Shown here one piece after another: positions 45,936-53,314 of a DNA stretch of 64,000 nucleotides; the first letter of the stretch is position 1, and each line of letters begins with the position of its first letter. The stretch is from UHGV virus genome UHGV-1351333. One strand, given 5' to 3'. The position numbers and the translations under genes were made by a program. Under the pieces are notes generated by a model. The model was not told where the DNA came from. It saw only the letters and a list, made by a program, of their open reading frames with translations, and did no database searches. This DNA is from a virus.

Positions 45936-46628
45936 ATGAACGGTCAGAGTTTAATTGGTTTGGCCCTTGCGACCCTGTCCGCGTTTTTCGCCTGCGGGGA
46001 TATGCCGGCTTCCGGTCTGGTCCTAAGTGACCGGGCCGTAGATATGATTATCCGGTACGAGACCGGAGGGAAGGCGTACTACGTGAAAAAGCTCGTTCGG
46101 CCTACATGGCCCGGAGGGGATAGCGGAGTGACCATCGGCATTGGTTACGACTTGGGATATTACTCGTCGGCGCAAATCCGTTCCGACTGGTCCTCCCTGC
46201 CGGAAAAAGACCTCCGGCTGCTCTGCACCGTAGCCGGATTGAAGCGTCAGGCCGCCCGTGCGTCTGTTAGCCGGGTGCGGTCTGTCACGGTTCCGTGGGA
46301 GTTGGCGTTGGACGTGTACCGAAAAAAGACGATTCCCGCCTATGCGTCCACGACTAAAACTGCGTTTCAGGGGCTGACCTTAACTCATCCCCATGTGCAG
46401 GGGGCTATGGTGTCTTTGGTGTATAATCGGGGCGCTTCCATGTCAGGGGCCAGCCGGAAAGAGATGCGGGACTGCCGGGATGACATTAAAGCCGGGCAGG
46501 TGAAGCGGGTTCCCGCCCATATCCGAAGCATGAAACGGCTTTGGATTGGGAAGGGCCTGAATGGGCTGTTAATCCGCCGGGAAGAAGAAGCCTGCCTGGT
46601 TGAACTGGGGCTGAAAGAAAAAAATTGA
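45936..46628 (+). CDS. endolysin, lysozyme-like, with N-terminal signal/SAR segment
   Basis: Hydrophobic N-terminus LIGLALATLSAFFACG. IRYETGG...VTIGIGYDLG is reminiscent of the T4-lysozyme-type catalytic E...D...T region. Confidence 0.45.
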   Translation: MNGQSLIGLALATLSAFFACGDMPASGLVLSDRAVDMIIRYETGGKAYYVKKLVRPTWPGGDSGVTIGIGYDLGYYSSAQIRSDWSSLPEKDLRLLCTVAGLKRQAARASVSRVRSVTVPWELALDVYRKKTIPAYASTTKTAFQGLTLTHPHVQGAMVSLVYNRGASMSGASRKEMRDCRDDIKAGQVKRVPAHIRSMKRLWIGKGLNGLLIRREEEACLVELGLKEKN

Positions 46629-46637
46629 TAAAATGTC

Positions 46638-46666
46638 TTGCAATTTTTTTGTGTTGTGGGTATAGT
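46638..46666 (+). promoter_or_regulatory. sigma70-like promoter (TTGCAA-N17-TATAGT)
   Basis: gtcTTGCAAtttttttgtgttgtgggTATAGTt. Confidence 0.5.
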
Positions 46667-46672
46667 TTTCTC

Positions 46673-46882
46673 ATGCCTTACGATAAACACACGTTAGAAC
46701 TTACTCTGGAAGAGCTTACGATGTTTGCCTCGAAGAATCCGAACTCTGATGCCGGATTTGTCGAAGCGTTGAATGTGGTTCGTGATTTTCAGCGTCAAGG
46801 GAAGCCTGTGGTTATTCTCTGGCCCAGCCGGAAGCCGGTGGAGGTCCATGAGAGGGTCGAAAGGCGCCAAGAAGCGGAATAA
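46673..46882 (+). CDS. hypothetical small protein
   Basis: ATG 46673 about 7 nt after the -10 element. In ORF-track frame 46625..46882. Confidence 0.3.
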   Translation: MPYDKHTLELTLEELTMFASKNPNSDAGFVEALNVVRDFQRQGKPVVILWPSRKPVEVHERVERRQEAE

Positions 46883-46886
46883 TCGA

Positions 46887-46910
46887 AAATTTGCAATCAT
46901 TGCAAATTTT
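46887..46910. repeat. palindromic motif copy 11
   Basis: aaaatttgcaatcattgcaaatttt upstream of the AAA ATPase gene. Confidence 0.85.
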
Positions 46911-46939
46911 CATAATCCATAGCTATCGAGGGATACATC

Positions 46940-48613
46940 ATGACATCACAAGAAAAATACATTCAAAAATTGGACGACATGTTCGCCAGCGCGGTGAGTG
47001 TCGTATTTACGCCAAGCCGTGAACCGCGCAGAACTGTAGAGGCTGTCAAGGCAATGGGGGCGCGGGACAATGTGCCGGTGTTCGTCTGGAACGATGTGTA
47101 CGGCTGGAAAGTTTTTACCGGACAGGACCGTACCGTAGGAGTTCCGGTTGACGCGGATTCCCCGGTAGGCAATTTTTATCAGGCGTTGCGCCGCATCCTG
47201 GGATTTAAAATCGGGGAAAACACCAGTAACGCGTCTTCTCGGTTTGATTATGAAAAAGGCGCGGCATATATCGTCATGGAGGGCACTAGCCCGCATCTTG
47301 GTTTGCTTCCAATGACGACAACGCTTCTCAAGGATTACGCCTATTCCTTCCCGGAAACGCTCATGAGCCTTGTGTTGATTACGTCGGAATCCTACACCAT
47401 TCCGGAAGAGCTGGCCCACGACATTCTGGTTGTGGATTTTGACCTGCCGACAAAAACCGACTTGCGCCACGCATGGGAAAGCACCGTAGTCAATCAGTAC
47501 GAGTCCAAGAACCTTCCGATTCCCGAAACCTATATTCCGGGGGACAGCGTGGATGCGCTGGTCAATGCAGCATCCGGCATGACGATTCTGGAAGCGGAAA
47601 CTGCGTATTCAAGGGCTTTTACCCTCAATGACCGCCTGTTCCCGGATATTCCCGTTGAAAACCTTCTCGCGCAGGTCCACCGCTCGAAGGAAGACATTGT
47701 GAAAAAGTCACAGACACTGGAAATGGTTAACCCCATTCCGGTTGATTCCATCGGCGGCCTGGAATTGCTGAAAGACTGGTTTATCACGCGGTCGGTATGT
47801 TTCAGCGAAGAGGCCCGCAAGGCGAAAGTTGATGCGCCTAAAGGCGTAGCCCTTATCGGGCCGCCTGGAACGGGTAAGTCGGTATGCTCCAAGGCGGTGG
47901 CATCCATTCTCAATCTTCCCCTCGTGCGGGTGGATTTGGGGCGGCTGTTCGGGTCTCTTATCGGTCAGACGGAAGCCCGCACCCGGACCATGTTGAAGGA
48001 ATTGGAAGCTATGGCCCCCTGCATTGTCTGGGTGGACGAAGTTGACAAGGCGGGCTTGTCTTCCGGGGCTAATGGAGATTCCGGCGTATCTTCCCGCCTG
48101 CTGGGTTCTCTGCTGACCCACATGTCGGAAAATGAGTCTGGCTTGTTCTGGATTTTCACCGCCAACCGGACGGAGAATCTGCCGTCGGAATTCTTGCGGA
48201 AGGGGCGGCTGGATGAAGTCTTTTCCGTTCTGCCTCCGACTTGGGCCGAACGCCGCCAGATTTTTGACATCCACTTGAGCAAGCGCGGAATCAATATTGA
48301 TGATATTGCCGACTTTGACCAGGTGCTGACGGAAAGCCGGGGATTCGTATCTGCGGAAATTGAAGCCGCGTGCAAGGAAGCGAAAGTGCTTTCTTTTTAT
48401 CGGAACGTTCCGGTTACGAGCAGCCTTTTGCGGTCCACCCTTAAAGGCATCATTCCAATTTCGGAAGCGTACAAAGACCAGTTTGACGCTATGACCGAGT
48501 GGGCGCAGAATAACGCGAGGCCGTCTTCCGAGCAAGAGGTTGACGTTGATGCTTCCAGCCCGCTTCCGTCCAGCATTCCGGAATCGTTGCGTGCCCGCCG
48601 CCGCAGGCATTGA
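46940..48613 (+). CDS. AAA+ ATPase (classical AAA clade) with unknown N-terminal domain
   Basis: Walker A GPPGTGKS, Walker B IVWVDEVDK, second region of homology FTANRTENLPSEFLRKGRLDEV. About 300 aa N-terminal to the ATPase are unassigned. Confidence 0.8.
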   Translation: MTSQEKYIQKLDDMFASAVSVVFTPSREPRRTVEAVKAMGARDNVPVFVWNDVYGWKVFTGQDRTVGVPVDADSPVGNFYQALRRILGFKIGENTSNASSRFDYEKGAAYIVMEGTSPHLGLLPMTTTLLKDYAYSFPETLMSLVLITSESYTIPEELAHDILVVDFDLPTKTDLRHAWESTVVNQYESKNLPIPETYIPGDSVDALVNAASGMTILEAETAYSRAFTLNDRLFPDIPVENLLAQVHRSKEDIVKKSQTLEMVNPIPVDSIGGLELLKDWFITRSVCFSEEARKAKVDAPKGVALIGPPGTGKSVCSKAVASILNLPLVRVDLGRLFGSLIGQTEARTRTMLKELEAMAPCIVWVDEVDKAGLSSGANGDSGVSSRLLGSLLTHMSENESGLFWIFTANRTENLPSEFLRKGRLDEVFSVLPPTWAERRQIFDIHLSKRGINIDDIADFDQVLTESRGFVSAEIEAACKEAKVLSFYRNVPVTSSLLRSTLKGIIPISEAYKDQFDAMTEWAQNNARPSSEQEVDVDASSPLPSSIPESLRARRRRH

Positions 48614-48656
48614 TTAGCGTGGTGATTTTTTATCCTGCATTTTTTCAATATTTGTC

Positions 48657-48685
48657 TTGCAATTCTTAAATTAAAAGGGTATATT
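48657..48685 (+). promoter_or_regulatory. sigma70-like promoter (TTGCAA-N17-TATATT), possibly leaderless
   Basis: gtcTTGCAAttcttaaattaaaagggTATATTactgacATG. The ATG at 48692 lies only about 7 nt past the -10 element. Confidence 0.5.
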
Positions 48686-48691
48686 ACTGAC

Positions 48692-49333
48692 ATGAGCAAT
48701 GATTTAAGCACTCTTGATACCGTCACCGGGGAAATGCAGACGCTGGTGAATGGGTATGTTAAAGTGATTTTATTCAAGGTTCAGCTTCCGGGGCCGGGAA
48801 CGCTGTACAAGGAAGATGGCATTTTCCGCAACAACGTTCCGGGCGTGAACCGCATCGGGTTCCCTGGGTCTATCGCCTCCCTGCAAAATGGGAGGCCGGA
48901 AGTGTGCGGAACGGTTTTTTCCGGGAAGTACAGCCTGACCCCAGGTTCTTTCCTTAAAATTTTTGTCAAGGCGCATCGGCGCAGGTCATTTCCGGAATCG
49001 GCCAGCCTGTTCATCAGGATGCGCCCTTCGGCCGCCTTGCGGCGTATCACTGTTTCCTGCCCGGAAGACCCTAAAGCCACCATTTCCGAGTTCAGCATTA
49101 CCGGACGCTTCGACCTGGTAAAACCCATTGAGGCCATTGCCGCCGGGTGTAGAATCCCTGAGCAGTTCAAGCTTGGGTACGCTCCCACAGTGGTAAACCG
49201 TTTGATGCGGTTTAGCGTTCTGTCTCCGGAAACAGCCACCCGGACCGTAGTCCGCACGGCTTCCGGGGAAGAAAAAGAAGTCATTGTCGCCAAGAGGCGG
49301 CGGCGTTTGGGCGGGGTACGTTCCCACTCCTGA
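48692..49333 (+). CDS. hypothetical protein
   Basis: 213-aa ORF with a basic C-terminus. Confidence 0.45.
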   Translation: MSNDLSTLDTVTGEMQTLVNGYVKVILFKVQLPGPGTLYKEDGIFRNNVPGVNRIGFPGSIASLQNGRPEVCGTVFSGKYSLTPGSFLKIFVKAHRRRSFPESASLFIRMRPSAALRRITVSCPEDPKATISEFSITGRFDLVKPIEAIAAGCRIPEQFKLGYAPTVVNRLMRFSVLSPETATRTVVRTASGEEKEVIVAKRRRRLGGVRSHS

Positions 49334-49371
49334 AAAAAATCTCTCTCATTATCACCAACAAAAAATAAACC

Positions 49372-49857
49372 ATGAGCCATACAACCAAAGTCAAATCCGT
49401 AGTTATCCGGGACGTCCGGGCCATTCGCGCCGCTGTGCAGGAACTCCAACGCGAGGGGCGGAAAATCGCCCTGAAAGAAAACGCCGTTCCGCGGATGTAT
49501 TACAAGGACCAGTTCCAGTCGAGCACCAAACGCCAGCAGGCGGAATTCGTCATCGAATGTCAGGGAATGTCCGTCAGTACTGGAAAACCGTGTGACGTGG
49601 GCCTGGTCAAGCAGGACGACGGGACGTTCATTCCGTATCTCGATACGTGGGGCGGGTACGTCAAAGAGCATTGCGGGAATCCGAAACTGACTGCCGGAAA
49701 CGGCCTTACGGATTCGGATATTGCCATTGCCGCTTTTTCCCAGGCGTATTCCAAACATGCGGCTATTTTCGCGGCAACCGACCAGGGCTATACTGTCCAG
49801 GACTGTTATCTTGACTCCGCGGGCAACGTGCAGTTGACCGTAGCCACCGGATTTTAA
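49372..49857 (+). CDS. hypothetical protein (possibly DUF1257-like)
   Basis: 161 aa. The family assignment is a weak recollection of AAA-ATPase/DUF1257/DUF2997 gene neighbourhoods. Confidence 0.4.
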   Translation: MSHTTKVKSVVIRDVRAIRAAVQELQREGRKIALKENAVPRMYYKDQFQSSTKRQQAEFVIECQGMSVSTGKPCDVGLVKQDDGTFIPYLDTWGGYVKEHCGNPKLTAGNGLTDSDIAIAAFSQAYSKHAAIFAATDQGYTVQDCYLDSAGNVQLTVATGF

Positions 49858-49862
49858 TTCTG

Positions 49863-49885
49863 AAATTTGCAACGATTACAAAAAT
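49863..49885. repeat. palindromic motif copy 12 (degenerate right arm)
   Basis: aaatttgcaacgattacaaaaat between 49857 and 49893. Confidence 0.7.
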
Positions 49886-49892
49886 CAAAAAC

Positions 49893-50096
49893 ATGGAGAC
49901 AATTCACATTACGATTGACCCGGCAGGCCGTCCGACCCTGAAAGGGGAAGGGTTCACCGGCACAAAATGCAACGACCGCATGAAGGCTATCGAGGACAAG
50001 CTCGGCGCCGGAAAGGGAGCTACGCGAACCGACCATCCGGAAATGTACGCGCCGGAAGAGACGACCAGCACGGAGCAGCCGATTCACATGTGGTAA
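49893..50096 (+). CDS. hypothetical small protein (possibly DUF2997-like)
   Basis: 67 aa: METIHITIDPAGRPTLKGEGFTGTKCNDRMKAIEDKLG. Confidence 0.35.
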   Translation: METIHITIDPAGRPTLKGEGFTGTKCNDRMKAIEDKLGAGKGATRTDHPEMYAPEETTSTEQPIHMW

Positions 50097-50116
50097 AAAA
50101 TCAAACTGTCATTGTT

Positions 50117-50437
50117 ATGAGCCAGCAAATCACCATTTATCCGGACGGCGGCATGGAATCGCTCAGGGTAGCTTCCGGGAACGGGCTGGACCTGCGGATG
50201 TTCGGAACCGTAGAAGCCCGGCGCGTGTCTGATATAGTTTTCGACGATGCGGCGCAGAAGTGGAAAATTGACATACTTGGGCAGGGCCTGCTGACCTTTT
50301 CCGAGTGGGCCAATGTGGCGAAAAAGCCTTTGCCGCACTTTGCGCGGCTGGCGGCGGACGGCGTGATTTTGCTGGCGGAATACGAACAGGCAGTTGACGT
50401 TGAAGTGCAGTATTTTAACGCCCGGAGGATTAAATGA
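50117..50437 (+). CDS. hypothetical protein
   Basis: ATG 50117 in ORF-track frame 49967..50437. Confidence 0.4.
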   Translation: MSQQITIYPDGGMESLRVASGNGLDLRMFGTVEARRVSDIVFDDAAQKWKIDILGQGLLTFSEWANVAKKPLPHFARLAADGVILLAEYEQAVDVEVQYFNARRIK

Positions 50438-50446
50438 GCAAAAAAA

Positions 50447-50480
50447 GACCCTCGACCAGCCGGAATCACTGGTCGAGGGC
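50447..50480. terminator. hairpin with A7 upstream (+ strand) / T7 downstream (- strand): minus-oriented or bidirectional terminator
   Basis: ccctcgaccag-ccggaatca-ctggtcgaggg is an 11-bp GC-rich stem. aaaaaaa precedes it on the + strand, so the intrinsic-terminator geometry is on the minus strand. Confidence 0.4.
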
Positions 50481-50526
50481 CTGATACAAGTTACGCTGAA
50501 AACACTTTAATCGTGCGCCGTGAATT

Positions 50527-51435
50527 GTGCCAAAATCTCATGTACAGTCAAGCGGAATTCAGGATTTTCACAAAATCTGGTGCTGGCTGTACCGAACGGT
50601 CCGCCCCGCGCTGGAAGCGGAATCCGTTACATTGTTTCCCGTGCTGGAATTTGTGTTCGACCGGACATTGGCCCGCGGAAAGCCCTGGGAAGTTATCAGG
50701 CTTTTTCAGTTTTCGCAAAATCTGGCGTTGCACCGGAACACTATTTCCCGGAATATCAAGCGGCTGGTTGCGCTGGGGCTTGTTCTTGCCCGGAGTCCGA
50801 AACATGGCCGGGCGGTTTATTCCATCAATTTAACCTGGACTGACACCGATATGATGAAAACACCGAAACGGGGCCGGACGGAAGCCCCTGTAATTCCCCT
50901 TTCCGAGATAGGCCGCATGGCGGCGGAAAAAGCGGCGGAAGCCAAAAAGAGAAAGCAGCGTAAATTGTCGTTTGACGCGGTTTCCGGTTTTTGGGCTTCT
51001 ACCGTCATAGATTTGCTGGGAAAAGACGCTTTTATTGCGCCGACGAAAACGAATTACATGACGTTATTCGCCTACGCGAAACGGTTTACGTCCGGGGACA
51101 AAACTTTTTCTGATTTTAAGGATTTTTTAACCTGGGCAATCGGCCGCTGGCAGCTTGTCATGCGAGATTCTTTCCGGTGGACAAAAAACACCGCCCCGAA
51201 AGTGCCGTCTATCGGCTGGCTGGTGAAATTTTCCGCTCAATTCGAGGAAGCTTATTTGCTTTATCTCAATCCGGTCGCGGGAAAAAACCTGTCTGCCGAC
51301 CCAGCGGCCAAACCGGAGAGCAGCCGCCCCCGAACGGTCAGACCGAAAACGGCAAAGCCTAAACCACAGCCGCCGAAACTCCTGAGGCCGTCAGGCGCCG
51401 AGGCCGGAATTGACGAGCTTCCGGAGTGGCGATAA
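50527..51435 (+). CDS. winged-HTH protein, candidate replication initiator
   Basis: WEVIRLFQFSQNLALHRNTISRNIKRLVALGLV is an HTH. Located at the head of the replication module. Confidence 0.4.
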   Translation: MPKSHVQSSGIQDFHKIWCWLYRTVRPALEAESVTLFPVLEFVFDRTLARGKPWEVIRLFQFSQNLALHRNTISRNIKRLVALGLVLARSPKHGRAVYSINLTWTDTDMMKTPKRGRTEAPVIPLSEIGRMAAEKAAEAKKRKQRKLSFDAVSGFWASTVIDLLGKDAFIAPTKTNYMTLFAYAKRFTSGDKTFSDFKDFLTWAIGRWQLVMRDSFRWTKNTAPKVPSIGWLVKFSAQFEEAYLLYLNPVAGKNLSADPAAKPESSRPRTVRPKTAKPKPQPPKLLRPSGAEAGIDELPEWR

Positions 51436-52022
51436 TCCTCTACTGCTTTTTCAAAAAAATGAATAACGCGATTTCCTGTGACGAAGTGGCCGCCGTGTTA
51501 CGGCGCAACGGCGTTCCGAGAATGTTTACCCGCCCTGGATATTCCGGGCTTTCGGACATTAAAAGCCGTCAGGCCAGCAATACGCGCGTATTGCTCCTTG
51601 ACCGCGTAGCCGGATGTTCGGCCGCCGCCCCATTGGTGCTGGAATTGTCCGGAGACGGAAAAACGCCGACGGAAATATTTTACGGGGCGATACGGGTGCT
51701 GGTCCTCCGGTACAGATTTTCGGTGTTGGCGTCGAACCCGGCAGACCTGCTTTCCCGCATTGAGTCGTATTTCGATTTTTTGAAGACGGACAAGTACCAT
51801 GTGCTGGCCTTATCTCCGCTGGTAGAGGACGACCGGACGGCGGGGTATCTTTCCCGGCCTGAGCTGTACCGGTTCGAGCGGTGCATTCAGAATTGGCTGT
51901 TGAGCGGAAGGCATCTTATCTTCAATGGGGCCAGACCGTTGAAAGATTCGGAAATGTTCAGCCGGGGCTTTATAAACTTTTTGACCAGTCAGGATAATTA
52001 CATTTTCGTTCCGGAGGATTGA
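51426..52022 (+). CDS. hypothetical protein (helicase-loader position)
   Basis: 198-aa ORF immediately upstream of the DnaB-like helicase. Confidence 0.35.
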   Translation: MAIILYCFFKKMNNAISCDEVAAVLRRNGVPRMFTRPGYSGLSDIKSRQASNTRVLLLDRVAGCSAAAPLVLELSGDGKTPTEIFYGAIRVLVLRYRFSVLASNPADLLSRIESYFDFLKTDKYHVLALSPLVEDDRTAGYLSRPELYRFERCIQNWLLSGRHLIFNGARPLKDSEMFSRGFINFLTSQDNYIFVPED

Positions 52023-52025
52023 CTT

Positions 52026-53297
52026 ATGGCCGTAGGCATTGATTTTTTGCGCGCCGTCTGCGCCGAACAGAACGTGTCCCTGCTCCACCAGGTGGACGCC
52101 ACTTATTTTCTCGATGACGAGCAGCCTTTTTACCGGTTTGTCCGCAACCATTACGACAATTATCATTCATTGCCGGACGCGAGGGCGCAGGCCATTGGGC
52201 GGTTTTCCTTTAATACGCCGCTGGTCAACAACGGGCAATACTGGTTTGCCACGCTCGTCAACCGGACGCGGTACAATGCCGTGCGGAGATATTACTCTCA
52301 ATTCCAGACGGCGATAAAGACCTACGATTGGGAGCAGCTGCTTGGCATTACGTCGGCAATACAGTCATCAGTGCTCGCTGTCGGCGCCAGTCAGGGCTAT
52401 ACCAATATGCACCAGCAGGCCCAAGCGGTGTGGGAAGATTACCAGATTGCCAGACGGTCGTCTGACATGCGGGGCATCCCTACTCCGTGGGAGACGCTGA
52501 ATCAGGCGACCGGGGGCTGGGCCGGGGGCGATTTGGTAGTGATTGCCGGACGTCCCGGCATGGGCAAATCGTGGTCGCTGCTCAAATGTATGGAGGCGGC
52601 CTTTACGGCGGGAAAAAAATGCGGATTCGTTTCTATGGAAATGTCGCCGATTCAAATCGCCCGCCGTTGGATAGGGCTTCGGGCCGGCATCAACCCGAAC
52701 CTGATTAGGCAGGGGACTATGACGACGTACTCGGAGCGCCGGATGCGGGATTTGATTGCCCGGATGGCGGACGAAGAAGCCCTCCATATCCTTTCCGGCG
52801 ATATGTCGAAAACGACCGACAAAGTAGTGGGGATGATCGACCAGCTTCATCCGGACATCATGTTTGTTGATGCGGTTTATCTGCTTTCGCCGTCCGGGAT
52901 GCGGCTTGGGTACGTGAAACGGTGGGAAGCGCTGACGGAAGTTATCCGGGAGCTAAAACAGTGCGCCATTAAAAATGGGATTCCGATTGTGATTACCGTG
53001 CAACTTAACCGGAACGTGAAAACGAACTCAAGGCGGGAACTGGATTCCGGGGATATTTCCGGCTCGGATTCCATTCCGCAGGACGCGTCTATTTTGCTCG
53101 GTCAAAGACACGGGCCGGGTCCTTTCGGCTATCGCTACCGGTATTACGACTTTATGAAAAACCGGGACGGCGAAACTCCCGATTTCATGACCAATTTTGT
53201 TTTCGACCCCCCTAATTTTGATGAGGTTCCCATACCGGACGATGAGGCTTCCGGGGAACCTGTGGAGCCTGATTCGGCTACCGGTTACACTTACTAA
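52026..53297 (+). CDS. DnaB-like replicative helicase (C-terminal RecA-like domain)
   Basis: GGWAGGDLVVIAGRPGMGKSWSLLK, a DnaB-type Walker A in its usual context. VDAVYLL as Walker B region. Confidence 0.7.
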   Translation: MAVGIDFLRAVCAEQNVSLLHQVDATYFLDDEQPFYRFVRNHYDNYHSLPDARAQAIGRFSFNTPLVNNGQYWFATLVNRTRYNAVRRYYSQFQTAIKTYDWEQLLGITSAIQSSVLAVGASQGYTNMHQQAQAVWEDYQIARRSSDMRGIPTPWETLNQATGGWAGGDLVVIAGRPGMGKSWSLLKCMEAAFTAGKKCGFVSMEMSPIQIARRWIGLRAGINPNLIRQGTMTTYSERRMRDLIARMADEEALHILSGDMSKTTDKVVGMIDQLHPDIMFVDAVYLLSPSGMRLGYVKRWEALTEVIRELKQCAIKNGIPIVITVQLNRNVKTNSRRELDSGDISGSDSIPQDASILLGQRHGPGPFGYRYRYYDFMKNRDGETPDFMTNFVFDPPNFDEVPIPDDEASGEPVEPDSATGYTY

Positions 53298-53314
53298 CCA
53301 TTCCCGCCCTAAAA

